Assembly: GCA_902783255.1 (NCBI GenBank)
Contig: CACZQB010000054.1
Span: 36,984 to 100,983, forward strand
From: Oscillospiraceae bacterium
Lineage (GTDB): Bacteria > Bacillota > Clostridia > Oscillospirales > UBA644
DNA: 64,000 nucleotides
Direction: 5' to 3'
Shown here: piece by piece, positions 1 to 9,671 of the stretch
How the letters are laid out: each line of letters begins with the position of its first letter
How positions within the stretch are numbered: position 1 is the stretch's first letter
Made by a program: the position numbers and the translations under genes
Notes under the pieces: generated by a model
The model's input: the letters and a program-made list of their open reading frames with translations, nothing else
Databases searched by the model: none
What the model was told of the DNA's origin: nothing

Positions 1-168
1 ATTGAGTACAAAAGACAGTTTTTCATTTTTAACTCTATAAAAGTATTCATCGGAAAGCCATTCAAGATTGAAGAAAAATTTCAAAACAGCTTAAAATCTG
101 AGGAATTGTCCTTGGTCGGCAAAAAACTTATGGACGACCTTTATATGCTTAACTCGGATAATATATGA
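1..168 (+). CDS. 3' end of an upstream CDS cut by the window edge; product not assignable from 55 residues
   Basis: Frame 1 is open from base 1 to TGA 166-168 (...KVFIGKPFKIEEKFQNSLKSEELSLVGKKLMDDLYMLNSDNI*). The stop overlaps the next start as ATGA (165-168), suggesting translational coupling to ispH. Confidence 0.5.
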   Translation: MEYKRQFFIFNSIKVFIGKPFKIEEKFQNSLKSEELSLVGKKLMDDLYMLNSDNI

Positions 169-2168
169 AAATATTTAAAACAAAAACAAACGGATTTTGC
201 TTTGGCGTAAAACGAGCTGTCGAAAAAACTTTCGATCTTCTGAAAAACAGTGATGCTCCAGTGTATCTTATCGGTGAGCTTATCCATAATGAGGATATTA
301 CGGCTCAGTTTCTGTCACTCGGTGCGATTATTACAGATAATATATCAGATATTCCGGCTGGTTCTGTATGTGTAATTAGGGCGCATGGGGTTGCCCGTTC
401 CGTAGAAGTCGAACTTCGTCGGCGTAATATCGTTTATTATGATCTTACATGCCCTAAAGTAAAAAAAATACATGAAATCGCATCTCGGTCGGACAATCTT
501 ATTATCATCGGTAATTCTCATCATCCTGAAGTTATAGGAATTGCCGGACATGCAAAAGGATCGTACTATATTGCAAACGATCTTTTCAGTCTTAAGCAGG
601 TCATCGAAGAATTCGGATTAAAGAACAAAAGTACAGACCTTATATTTCAAACTACATTTAAAGTCGACGAATACGTTTTAATAAAAGAATTGATCTCATC
701 TATTCCAAATATAAATGTTCATAATACAATCTGCAATTCCACGGAAATTCGACAAAAGGAAGTTGATGAACTCTCAAAAAATGTTGATCTTTTTGTCATA
801 ATAGGTTCACCGAAAAGCTCAAATACCAGAAAACTATTTGAAATAGCATCGCTGAATTGTAAAGCAGTATTTTATGAAAATATTAATTCGTTACCAAATG
901 GCATCCATATATATGAAAAAATAGGACTGTCTTCCGGTGCATCTTGCCCTGAAAGTACAGTCGAGGAGGTTTTTAACAACATGAACAACGAAAACGACAA
1001 CAAGAATCCGATGGTTGAAGAGGATGTTAATTTCCTTGAAGCTGTCGAAGCATCGATTAGAACAATCCGTAATGGACAGCGCGTTAAAGGTATTGTAACC
1101 GCTATCAATGGTACGGAAGTTCAGGTCGATCTCGGTCTTAAATATGCCGGCTTTATTCCTGCCGCAGAGTTCGAGAACGATGAAACACCGCTCAAAATCG
1201 GTGATGAAATCGAAGCTTTTGTTGTCAAGGTCAACGATGCAGAAGGAACAGCTCTTCTGTCTAAGCGTAGCCTTGATATTGCGCAGGGAATGGATAAAAT
1301 TGTCAAGGCAAACGAAGAGGGTGCCGTAGTTAAAGGCAGAGTTGTTGAAGCTGTCAAAGGCGGCGTAGTGGTTATTGTCAACAAAATCAGAGTTTTTGTC
1401 CCTGCTTCCCAGGCTTCACTAAAACGTGAAGATAACTTTGATGCTCTAGTCGGAACAGATGTTAACCTTAGAATTATTGAGGTTGATAATGATAAAACTG
1501 GAAGACGCAAAAGAATTATCGGTTCAATCAAAAGCGTTCTCAAAGAAGAGAAACAGAAAGCAAATGAAGCACTTTGGCAGTCTCTCGAAGTTGGTAACGA
1601 ATATGATGGAATCGTTAAATCCGTAACAGATTTCGGTATATTTGTTGATATCGGCGGTGCTGACGGACTTGTACATGTTACAGATATGTCTTGGGACAGA
1701 GTCGCAAAGCCATCTGACCTTGTTAAAATAGGTGATACCGTAAAAGTAAAAGTCAAGAGTTTGAATCCTGAGACCAAAAAAATCTCTCTTACCATGAAAG
1801 ATGAGAATGATAATCCTTGGAAGATTCTTACGGAAACATATAAAGTCGGTGATGTAATAGATGTTACAGTTCTTAAAATCATGCCTTATGGTGCATTTGT
1901 TTCTGTTATAAAGAATATTGATGGTCTTGTTCATATTTCTCAGATAGCTCCTCGTAGAATCGCAAAAGTCTCAGATGTTCTTGAAGTCGGTCAACAGGTT
2001 AAAGCTAAGATCACAGAGATTAACGTTGAGGCTAAAAGAGTAAGCCTTTCTATTCGCGCAGTTGAAGAAGCCGAGGCAGAGACCCCTACCGTGGATGAAA
2101 TCGTATCTGACGAAGTCGGCGTCGTTGCTGACGAAACTGTTTCCGAAAAACCTGAGGACGCAGAATAA
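165..2168 (+). CDS. ispH: Fusion of IspH/LytB (4-hydroxy-3-methylbut-2-enyl diphosphate reductase, aa 1 to ~280) with a four-repeat ribosomal protein S1-like RNA-binding module (aa ~290-667)
   Basis: The N-terminal half has GFCFGVKRAV, RAHGV, LTCPKV, ICNSTE and SSGASCPE motifs typical of IspH. The C-terminal half has four S1 OB repeats (e.g. GIVKSVTDFGIFVDIGGADGLVHVTD, VTVLKIMPYGAFVSVIKNIDGLVHISQ) and an acidic tail. Confidence 0.9.
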   Translation: MKIFKTKTNGFCFGVKRAVEKTFDLLKNSDAPVYLIGELIHNEDITAQFLSLGAIITDNISDIPAGSVCVIRAHGVARSVEVELRRRNIVYYDLTCPKVKKIHEIASRSDNLIIIGNSHHPEVIGIAGHAKGSYYIANDLFSLKQVIEEFGLKNKSTDLIFQTTFKVDEYVLIKELISSIPNINVHNTICNSTEIRQKEVDELSKNVDLFVIIGSPKSSNTRKLFEIASLNCKAVFYENINSLPNGIHIYEKIGLSSGASCPESTVEEVFNNMNNENDNKNPMVEEDVNFLEAVEASIRTIRNGQRVKGIVTAINGTEVQVDLGLKYAGFIPAAEFENDETPLKIGDEIEAFVVKVNDAEGTALLSKRSLDIAQGMDKIVKANEEGAVVKGRVVEAVKGGVVVIVNKIRVFVPASQASLKREDNFDALVGTDVNLRIIEVDNDKTGRRKRIIGSIKSVLKEEKQKANEALWQSLEVGNEYDGIVKSVTDFGIFVDIGGADGLVHVTDMSWDRVAKPSDLVKIGDTVKVKVKSLNPETKKISLTMKDENDNPWKILTETYKVGDVIDVTVLKIMPYGAFVSVIKNIDGLVHISQIAPRRIAKVSDVLEVGQQVKAKITEINVEAKRVSLSIRAVEEAEAETPTVDEIVSDEVGVVADETVSEKPEDAE

Positions 2169-2187
2169 TTCTAATTTGATTTAATAT

Positions 2188-2222
2188 GAGTCAGATGGTC
2201 TTTTCGGACCGTCTGACTCTTT
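2188..2222 (+). terminator. Rho-independent terminator after ispH-S1
   Basis: 13-bp stem gagtcagatggtc (2188-2200) pairs with gaccgtctgactc (2207-2219) with one G-U pair, followed by a short T run. Confidence 0.6.
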
Positions 2223-2262
2223 GCGAAAATCTATATATAACTATGTTCGGAGTATCAGTATC

Positions 2263-3219
2263 GTGAATCAAAAATACAGAGTGGCTCTTTCTGAAATAAT
2301 GAAAGATACTTTTTCATCCGCTGTTTTTCTTCCCGATGGAGAAAAGAGTGATACATCAAAAATATTCATAACTACACCGCTTGTCAATCGTCCCGGACTT
2401 CAACTCGCAGGGTTTTACGATTATTTTGATGATAAAAGAATTCAGATAATGGGACGGGAGGAAATCTCTTATCTGAAATTGTTTTCTTCCGATGAAAGAC
2501 TCGAAAAGCTTGAAAAACTGTTTTCAACAGGTATCCCTGTTGTTATTGTTTCTCATAATCATGAAGTTTTGCCAGAATTGCTTGAAGTAGCAAAAAAATA
2601 CAGCATTCCTGTTTTGAAATGTGAAGATTCATCATCAAATCTCCTTCATAATCTTATAAGTTCTCTTAATGTTTACCTTGCACCGAGAATAACGACTCAC
2701 GGTGTTCTCGTTGAGGTTTACGGTGAGGGGATTCTGATGATAGGAGACAGTGGCGTCGGTAAAAGCGAAACAGCTATGGAACTGCTTAAAAGAGGGCATC
2801 GGCTTGTTGCCGATGATGCAGTAGAAATAAAGCGTGTTTCAAACAGAACGCTTGTCGGTACGGCGCCTGAAATGATACGTCATCTTATAGAACTTCGCGG
2901 TATCGGAATTGTAGATGTACGTCATATTTTCGGCATGGGTGCAGTAAAAGAATCTGAAAAAATAGATCTTGTTATTCAATTGGAACCATGGAACCCTGAA
3001 AAACAGTATGAAAGACTCGGGCTTGATGAAGATTTTTACGAAATACTTGGTCTTCAATGTCCCACAGTCACTATACCGATCAAGCCCGGAAGAAACTTGG
3101 CCATTATCATTGAAGTCGCGGCAATGAACAATAGACAGAGACGACTTGGCTATAATGCTGCCGCAGAATTAAACAAACGTATATTAGACAGCATGAATAA
3201 TCCATCTGAACATGAGTAA
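2263..3219 (+). CDS. hprK: HPr kinase/phosphorylase
   Basis: Walker A GDSGVGKSE and the LIELRGIGIVDVRHIFG signature are present. The N-terminus fits HprK from GTG 2263 (NQKYRVALSEIM...), which has GGAG about 10 nt upstream. The TTG at 2221 in the ORF track lies in the tail of the upstream terminator. Start is uncertain. Confidence 0.88.
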   Translation: MNQKYRVALSEIMKDTFSSAVFLPDGEKSDTSKIFITTPLVNRPGLQLAGFYDYFDDKRIQIMGREEISYLKLFSSDERLEKLEKLFSTGIPVVIVSHNHEVLPELLEVAKKYSIPVLKCEDSSSNLLHNLISSLNVYLAPRITTHGVLVEVYGEGILMIGDSGVGKSETAMELLKRGHRLVADDAVEIKRVSNRTLVGTAPEMIRHLIELRGIGIVDVRHIFGMGAVKESEKIDLVIQLEPWNPEKQYERLGLDEDFYEILGLQCPTVTIPIKPGRNLAIIIEVAAMNNRQRRLGYNAAAELNKRILDSMNNPSEHE

Positions 3220-4126
3220 AATAAAAGGAATAAAGATTATGACTGACACAGAAATGTTTTGCTATAATAATTCAATTCCGTATCAGAAAAATCTTAGTAC
3301 AAAGTCAATATCCACATTTAAAATCGGTGGCTTGATCTCATTAGCTGTATATCCTTTAAATGCAGATCAGGCCTCGCTGCTTATAAAATTCTTTAATTCC
3401 AATAATATTAAATATAAAACTGCAGGCAACTGCTCAAATATCTTGTTTTCCGATGAAAATACAGATTATGTTCTTATTAAGACCGACAATATGAATTCGT
3501 TGGTAGTCGATAACGAACGAATAATAACCGGTGCTGGAAACTTGTTGTCAAAAATATCAACAACAGCGTTAAAATCGCATTTATCAGGCATGGAAAATCT
3601 TTACGGTATTCCCGGATCGGTAGGCGGTGCGGTAATAATGAACGCAGGTGCATACGGTTCTGAAATGTCGCAAATTATTGAAGAAACAGAGTATGTTGAT
3701 TGTATGGGCGATATTCGTATTGTCGGTGGAGATTCGCATTGCTTCGGTTACAGACATTCATGCTTTTCCGACAAAGAAATTGTAACAAAAACAACTATCA
3801 AACTTAATTCAGGAAACTATCAGAATATTCGAGAAATAATGACTCTTGTAATCGCAAAACGAAAAGCATCTCAACCACTGGAAATGCCAAGTGCCGGAAG
3901 TGTTTTTAAGCGTCCGCAAGGCTATTTTGCAGGAAAACTGATCGAAGACTGCGGACTGAAAGGTTTTTCTGTGGGCGATGCGATGGTGAGTACGAAACAT
4001 GCCGGGTTTATTGTTAATAGAGGCAACGCAACATCGGAGGATGTAAAAAAACTTATTAATATCATTCAATCACAAGTTTATGAAAAATTCGGGGTTAAAC
4101 TTGAAATGGAGATTAGATTTTTCTGA
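3212..4126 (+). CDS. murB: UDP-N-acetylenolpyruvoylglucosamine reductase
   Basis: FKIGG, GIPGSVGGAVIMNAGAYG and SAGSVFKRP motifs are present. The ORF overlaps the hprK stop by 8 nt; an alternative start is ATG 3239. Confidence 0.9.
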   Translation: MSKIKGIKIMTDTEMFCYNNSIPYQKNLSTKSISTFKIGGLISLAVYPLNADQASLLIKFFNSNNIKYKTAGNCSNILFSDENTDYVLIKTDNMNSLVVDNERIITGAGNLLSKISTTALKSHLSGMENLYGIPGSVGGAVIMNAGAYGSEMSQIIEETEYVDCMGDIRIVGGDSHCFGYRHSCFSDKEIVTKTTIKLNSGNYQNIREIMTLVIAKRKASQPLEMPSAGSVFKRPQGYFAGKLIEDCGLKGFSVGDAMVSTKHAGFIVNRGNATSEDVKKLINIIQSQVYEKFGVKLEMEIRFF

Positions 4127-5013
4127 TGTCATATACGATTAGTGTTAAAGAATCTTTATGTAAAAAAAATTCAAATATTTGCTGCAAGAAAGCTGAATTA
4201 TACGGTTTTTTATTGTTTTCAGGAGTTTTTAATCGTAATACCATTTCATTCAAGTCGGAAAATGAATTTATAATTAAACGATATGAGGATATTTTTCGCC
4301 ACCTGCATTTTACAGATTTTAAGAAAACAGAAAGAAGAACAAAAAAAATAAGTTATATCATTCAAATAGATCCCGAATTTACTTCTTCACTTATTTCGAA
4401 AATAGGGGATGTAAATGTAGGTCCTCCTTTGCGAATAGATTATTCTGCATTTGAAGATGACTGTTGCTCACAGGCCTTTTTACGCGGCGTTTTTTTAGGT
4501 GGTGGATTTATTTGTTCTCCCGAAAAATCCTACCATCTTGAAATTCGTACCGGACACCAGATGCTTGCCGATGATCTTATAAGATTTGGACAAGAATATG
4601 ATATTCATTTTAAAAGCGTAATGCGCAAAGGAATTCGCGTGCTTTATCTCAAAAGCTCTGATAGTATACGCGATTTCCTCGCTTATATAGGAGCATCATC
4701 ATCTGTCTTTGACTTCATAAATGCCGAATTCGAAAAAAATCTGAAGAACAATGTCAACAGAGCAGTTAACTGTGAAAATGCAAATATAGAAAAAAGTATT
4801 GCAGCAGCACAGAAACAAATTAAGACGATAAAAAAACTGAAAAATAAAAATTATATGAATGTTTCGCCTGAGTTGATAGCTTTGGCGGAAACAAGGCTTG
4901 CAAATCCTGACGCGAATCTTGAAGAACTCGGCAAAAAACTTTCACCTCCTCTTTCTAAATCCGGGGTTGCACACCGTATGAAAAAACTGACAGAACTTAT
5001 ACGAAAAAGGTAA
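4126..5013 (+). CDS. whiA: DNA-binding protein WhiA
   Basis: About 295 aa, with the FLRGVFLGGG motif of the degenerate LAGLIDADG fold and a C-terminal HTH (LSKSGVAHRMKKL). The ATG shares one base with the murB TGA (4124-4128 tgatg). Confidence 0.88.
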   Translation: MSYTISVKESLCKKNSNICCKKAELYGFLLFSGVFNRNTISFKSENEFIIKRYEDIFRHLHFTDFKKTERRTKKISYIIQIDPEFTSSLISKIGDVNVGPPLRIDYSAFEDDCCSQAFLRGVFLGGGFICSPEKSYHLEIRTGHQMLADDLIRFGQEYDIHFKSVMRKGIRVLYLKSSDSIRDFLAYIGASSSVFDFINAEFEKNLKNNVNRAVNCENANIEKSIAAAQKQIKTIKKLKNKNYMNVSPELIALAETRLANPDANLEELGKKLSPPLSKSGVAHRMKKLTELIRKR

Positions 5014-5018
5014 TTAAA

Positions 5019-8000
5019 ATGGGATTTGTTCACTTACACGTACATACAGAATACAGCCTTCTTGATGGCGCATGCAAAGTCAAGAAAATGCCCGGATTGA
5101 TAAAAGAAATGGGTCAGACTGCCGTTGCAATGACAGACCATGGCAATATGTACGGAACAATTTATTTCTACAAATATGCAAAGGCAGCCGGAATTAAACC
5201 GATTATAGGATGCGAGGTTTATACCGCTGCGCGTACCCGTTTTGATAAAACAAAGGAATTTGACAGCAATAACGGTCACTTGATTCTTCTTTGCAAGAAT
5301 AATATCGGGTATAAAAATCTAATTGAAATGGTCTCAGTCGCCAATCTTGAGGGCTTTTATTATAAACCTAGAGTTGATATGGAGTTGCTCGAGAAATATC
5401 ATGAAGGACTTATCTGTCTTTCTGCCTGTCTTGCGGGAGATATTCCTCAGCTTCTTCTTTCAGACAGGTATGATGATGCGAAAGCCCTTGCACTTAAATA
5501 TCTTTCTGTGTTCGGCGAGGGCAATTATTACCTTGAACTTCAAGATCATGGAATTGAAGAACAAAAAAAAGTAATGGACGGTCTTCTCAAGATATCTCGT
5601 GAGACCGGTATACCTTTAGTTGCAACTAACGATGCTCATTACCTTCAGAAAAAGGATGCGCACGCACAAAAAGTATTAATTTATGTTCAGATACAGAAAA
5701 CCATTGATGAAGAAAGCGGAATGGGCTTTTCAACGGATGAGTTTTACCTGAAATCCGAGCAGGAAATGCGTTCTCTTTTTGAGTTTGTTCCCGAGGCTAT
5801 CGATAATACCGTGAAAATCGCTGATCAGTGCAATGTCGTTTTCCCGGAAATAGACGATCCGAAAAACCGTGTTTATTTTCTACCTGTTTTTAAATGGACT
5901 GAGGGGCTGACTCATTATGAATATCTTCGTAAACTTACATTTGAAGGATTTGAGCAACGTTATAAACCCGAACAAAGAACTAAAGAGCTCATAGAAAGAG
6001 TCGAATATGAACTTGATATAATAAACAGAATGGGATTTGTAGACTACTTTCTTATTGTATGGGATTTTATAAACTATGCCAAATCTCATGGAATACCAAT
6101 TGGCCCCGGCAGAGGTTCCGGCGCCGGCAGTATTGTTGCTTACTGCACAAGAATCACGAATATTGAGCCGATTCGTTACAATCTTATTTTTGAGCGTTTT
6201 TTAAATCCTGAGCGTATTTCCATGCCGGACTTTGATGTGGATATGTGCCCCGTAAGGCGCAACGAAGTTTTTGAATATGTTCAGCGTAAATACGGTGAAA
6301 AAAATGTCGCCAATATCGTCACATTTATAACCTTGAAAGCTAAAGCCGCCATAAAAGATGTCGCACGAGTCCTTGGTTTCTCCGTTGGTGAAGCAAATCG
6401 CCTGACTAAGATGATACCTGATAAGATGACAATCCGAGAAGCGATAACAAAGGTTCCGGAGTTGAAAAATCTGTATGATTCCGACGACAGAATACGAGAT
6501 CTTCTTGATACATCCGAAACAATTGAAAACTCCCCGCGAAATCCGTCTGTACATGCTTGCGGAATAGTAATAGCAGAAAATCCGATATACACATATGTTC
6601 CGGTTGCTGTAAATGATGGTGTTACGGTTTCTCAGTTTGATATGAAAATCGTTGAAGAAGTCGGACTTGTAAAGATGGATTTTCTCGGATTGAGAAATCT
6701 GACTGTTATAGAAGATGCTTGTAAACTCGTTCGGAAAAAAGTTCCTGATTTTGATATTGAAAAAGTTGATATAGATGATCCAGAAGTATACGAACTTTTA
6801 TCAAGAGGTGAAACTGACGGCGTTTTCCAACTTGAATCAGGCGGAATGAAACAAACTCTTATTTCCTTAAAGCCAAAAAGTATTGAAGATATCACTGCTA
6901 TTATTTCACTGTACCGTCCGGGTCCTATGGATAATATTCCAACATATATAAACAATAAATCGCATCCTGAAAATATTAAATACAAACATCCGATGCTCGA
7001 AAACAGTCTGAAAGTAACATACGGCGTTATGGTTTACCAGGAGCAGGTTATGCAGATTGTTCGTGAACTTGCGGGATATTCATACGGACGTGCCGATATC
7101 GTTCGTAAAGCCATGGGTAAAAAACAAATGGAAGTTATGACACGCGAGCGTGAATATTTCATTAACGGAAAAAAACGGGATGATGGGACTGTTGAGATCC
7201 CGGGTTGTGTTGCAAATGGAATCCCAGCTGAAATTGCAAATGAAATTTTTGATGATATGGTAAAATTCGCAGAGTATGCATTCAATAAATCGCATGCAGC
7301 AGCATATGCATATGTCACGTATTACACAGCTTTTTTAAAAACACATTATAAACGCGAATACATGGCAGCGCTTCTTACCAGTGTTTTAGGAAAAACCGAT
7401 AAAATGGTTGGTTATATCAATGAGTGCACAAAACAGGCCATAGATGTTATGCCTCCCGATATAAATGAGTCCGAAGATATTTTTACCGTATCACAGGATA
7501 AAATACGGTTTGGATTATCCGGAGTTAAGAATGTCGGACAAGGTGCTATTTCAGATATAATTGAAGAGCGCGGAAAAAACGGTCCGTTCAAGAGTTTTTA
7601 TGATTTTTGCAGCCGTATGTTTGATGGTTATTCCGTAGATTCAAAAACAGTTGAAAGCCTTATTCGTTGCGGTGCGTTCGATTGCTTCGAGCAGCCGCGC
7701 CAACAGCTAGAAGTCAGTTTTCCAGAAATCCGTAAATTGGTAGCGCAAGATATAAAGGAACGTGAAGAGGGACAGATGAATCTTTTCGGAAATCTTGAAG
7801 ATGAAGAAAGGCAACCATATGTTTATCCCGATGTTCCTGAGTATTCCAAGCGTGAAAAACTAAAGCTTGAAAAAGAAGTAATGGGCATTTATCTCACCGA
7901 TCACCCAATGAAGGAATATGCCAATGATTTTATTTCTTCAGGAGCAGTTGAAATATCCAGCATTTATTCTGATTCTGTTCCATATCAGAACAATGACAGA

Positions 8001-8555
8001 ATCAGGGTTTTCGGTATTCTTACAAAAGTTACCAAAAAGATGACAAAGAACGACAAACAAATGATGATTTGCGTTCTTCAGGATCTTTCGGGTTCAATTG
8101 AAATACTTGTTTTCGGTAAAGCATACGATGCCTTTTCATCAAAGCTTGTTGAGGATAAAGTTGTGATAATTGATGGCAGACTGAGTATTAAAGAAGATAT
8201 GTCTCGTTCTTCCGATGACGACGAAGACAGCTCAGCACAATTGTCTGCATCAATAGTACTTAATGATTTAACAGAGGTTGAGGGTCGTAATGATTCCTCA
8301 ACGCCGGAGATTTACATACCCAGAGATGAATACGAGGGAAAATCATTGATCATCAATTTCCGTGCAGAAGACGGCGTTAATTTCAACAGATGCGTTGATA
8401 CACTCGTTTCGAGCAGGGGAAACTCACCCGTATTTTTCAGGTTTATCGACAAGCATAAACAAGGCAGATTTTCAAAATGTGATGTCAGAATAACGGCTCC
8501 GCTTATTTCGGAGCTCAAGGGTATTCTTGGCAACGATGGCGTTGAAATACGTTAA
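5019..8555 (+). CDS. dnaE: DNA polymerase III alpha subunit (DnaE type)
   Basis: N-terminal PHP domain (HLHVHTEYSLLDG), polymerase core (GPGRGSGAGSIVAY, MPDFDVD) and a C-terminal OB region; 1178 aa. Confidence 0.95.
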   Translation: MGFVHLHVHTEYSLLDGACKVKKMPGLIKEMGQTAVAMTDHGNMYGTIYFYKYAKAAGIKPIIGCEVYTAARTRFDKTKEFDSNNGHLILLCKNNIGYKNLIEMVSVANLEGFYYKPRVDMELLEKYHEGLICLSACLAGDIPQLLLSDRYDDAKALALKYLSVFGEGNYYLELQDHGIEEQKKVMDGLLKISRETGIPLVATNDAHYLQKKDAHAQKVLIYVQIQKTIDEESGMGFSTDEFYLKSEQEMRSLFEFVPEAIDNTVKIADQCNVVFPEIDDPKNRVYFLPVFKWTEGLTHYEYLRKLTFEGFEQRYKPEQRTKELIERVEYELDIINRMGFVDYFLIVWDFINYAKSHGIPIGPGRGSGAGSIVAYCTRITNIEPIRYNLIFERFLNPERISMPDFDVDMCPVRRNEVFEYVQRKYGEKNVANIVTFITLKAKAAIKDVARVLGFSVGEANRLTKMIPDKMTIREAITKVPELKNLYDSDDRIRDLLDTSETIENSPRNPSVHACGIVIAENPIYTYVPVAVNDGVTVSQFDMKIVEEVGLVKMDFLGLRNLTVIEDACKLVRKKVPDFDIEKVDIDDPEVYELLSRGETDGVFQLESGGMKQTLISLKPKSIEDITAIISLYRPGPMDNIPTYINNKSHPENIKYKHPMLENSLKVTYGVMVYQEQVMQIVRELAGYSYGRADIVRKAMGKKQMEVMTREREYFINGKKRDDGTVEIPGCVANGIPAEIANEIFDDMVKFAEYAFNKSHAAAYAYVTYYTAFLKTHYKREYMAALLTSVLGKTDKMVGYINECTKQAIDVMPPDINESEDIFTVSQDKIRFGLSGVKNVGQGAISDIIEERGKNGPFKSFYDFCSRMFDGYSVDSKTVESLIRCGAFDCFEQPRQQLEVSFPEIRKLVAQDIKEREEGQMNLFGNLEDEERQPYVYPDVPEYSKREKLKLEKEVMGIYLTDHPMKEYANDFISSGAVEISSIYSDSVPYQNNDRIRVFGILTKVTKKMTKNDKQMMICVLQDLSGSIEILVFGKAYDAFSSKLVEDKVVIIDGRLSIKEDMSRSSDDDEDSSAQLSASIVLNDLTEVEGRNDSSTPEIYIPRDEYEGKSLIINFRAEDGVNFNRCVDTLVSSRGNSPVFFRFIDKHKQGRFSKCDVRITAPLISELKGILGNDGVEIR

Positions 8556-8582
8556 ATCATCGTATGGAGAATTAGAGAATAT

Positions 8583-8924
8583 ATGATAACTATATTGAAT
8601 GAAAAAAAAGGAACAAACGAATTATTTGTTTTGTCTGATGGAACAGAAATGCTCGCTGATTGCGAATATTCCATGAATGATGCTGAAATAATATCTGCAA
8701 AAGTATATTCCGCAAACGAGGACTCTAATTTACTTTATGACAGTTTACTTCGGGCAGTATTAAGTCGTCTCGATTTTGCCGGTAAAACAAAAGTTATTTC
8801 TAAAAATCCCGATCTGCGTGATATTCTCACTAAGATCGGGTTCAGACCAGGAAACGACTGTTTAGAAATAGAGACAACTGAGTTTTTCAAAAGCACAAAT
8901 TGCAATAAATCAAATTTGTCCTGA
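8583..8924 (+). CDS. Hypothetical 113-aa protein
   Basis: The ORF has GGAGAA about 10 nt upstream of ATG 8583 and no motif I recognise. Its 3' end overlaps the convergent membrane-protein gene by 15 nt. Confidence 0.45.
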   Translation: MITILNEKKGTNELFVLSDGTEMLADCEYSMNDAEIISAKVYSANEDSNLLYDSLLRAVLSRLDFAGKTKVISKNPDLRDILTKIGFRPGNDCLEIETTEFFKSTNCNKSNLS

Positions 8925-9605
8925 TATTTTAAGAATCAGAAACAGTATTGAAATCACAACAGGTTGATGTATTAAATAAATAATTAAAGAATGCTTTCCG
9001 ATGAATGAAACAGGATTGTTTCCTATTGAAAAAGGAAAAATGCTTTTCTTTTTTGCATATACGATCTTTCCGATGATTATGCCTATAAAAACGACCGCTA
9101 AATACGGAATAAGCGGATAATAGTCGCTTGAATAAAAAGAATGATCATGGATTCCAAATGCAAAAAAAATGTTCCCGGCATTCCTTATATTCCTAAACAC
9201 AAAAGACAAAGCAAATATAGCGGCTGATATAATTGCAATAACAGCATTTGGCAATTTTTTTATAAAATATGCCAGCATCATGGCGATCCCAAGCATATGG
9301 AGAATTCCGAATACGATTATAAGCCTTGTATTTAATAATAAATCAACTGTAAGCGTGACCGCACTTAGAAGCAACGCTGCACCAAAAACAATCGCCCCTC
9401 GCTTGAGAGAGTTTTTCGATAATGTAGTTGATACCCCGCAAAGAAGCATGAATAAAATTGCTGAAAAATCCCCAATAAAATCGATCTGAGGTGTTTTTAT
9501 ACCGAAAATATAGTTAAGATCGTAAACTACATGGTCATAAACCATACAAATAAATGCGACACCACGCAGAAAGTCTATTTCCCAAATCCTTTTTTGCGTC
9601 TCCAT
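8910..9605 (-). CDS. Polytopic membrane protein, DUF1624 / heparan-alpha-glucosaminide N-acetyltransferase-like
   Basis: The N-terminal motif R..E.DFLRGVAFICMVYDHVV is followed by multiple hydrophobic helices. GGAG lies 6 nt upstream of the ATG. Confidence 0.65.
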   Translation of the reverse strand: METQKRIWEIDFLRGVAFICMVYDHVVYDLNYIFGIKTPQIDFIGDFSAILFMLLCGVSTTLSKNSLKRGAIVFGAALLLSAVTLTVDLLLNTRLIIVFGILHMLGIAMMLAYFIKKLPNAVIAIISAAIFALSFVFRNIRNAGNIFFAFGIHDHSFYSSDYYPLIPYLAVVFIGIIIGKIVYAKKKSIFPFSIGNNPVSFIGKHSLIIYLIHQPVVISILFLILKISGQI

Positions 9606-9671
9606 AGTTAACTCCGTTTTTTTTTGTTATTTTAACATATTTTTTCACAATTATCAACAAGATAGGAGCAA

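Noticed and set aside
1121-1882. 253-aa ORF antisense to the S1 part of ispH-S1 (with a second 136-aa antisense ORF at 1524-1934).
   Set aside because: It is Ser/Thr/Leu/Ile-rich with no motifs and lies fully inside a confidently identified gene. This is the typical mirror image of a GAA/GAT/AAA-rich coding strand. No RBS or promoter is seen.
2221-2262. Longer N-terminal extensions offered by the ORF track (hprK from TTG 2221; likewise rpsU from 34230, yqeG from 34536, lspA from 41391, holA from 60916, femX from 59398, glcK from 15600).
   Set aside because: In each case the extension lies in a terminator or promoter, or overlaps the upstream gene, while an internal start has a proper RBS and matches the usual family N-terminus.
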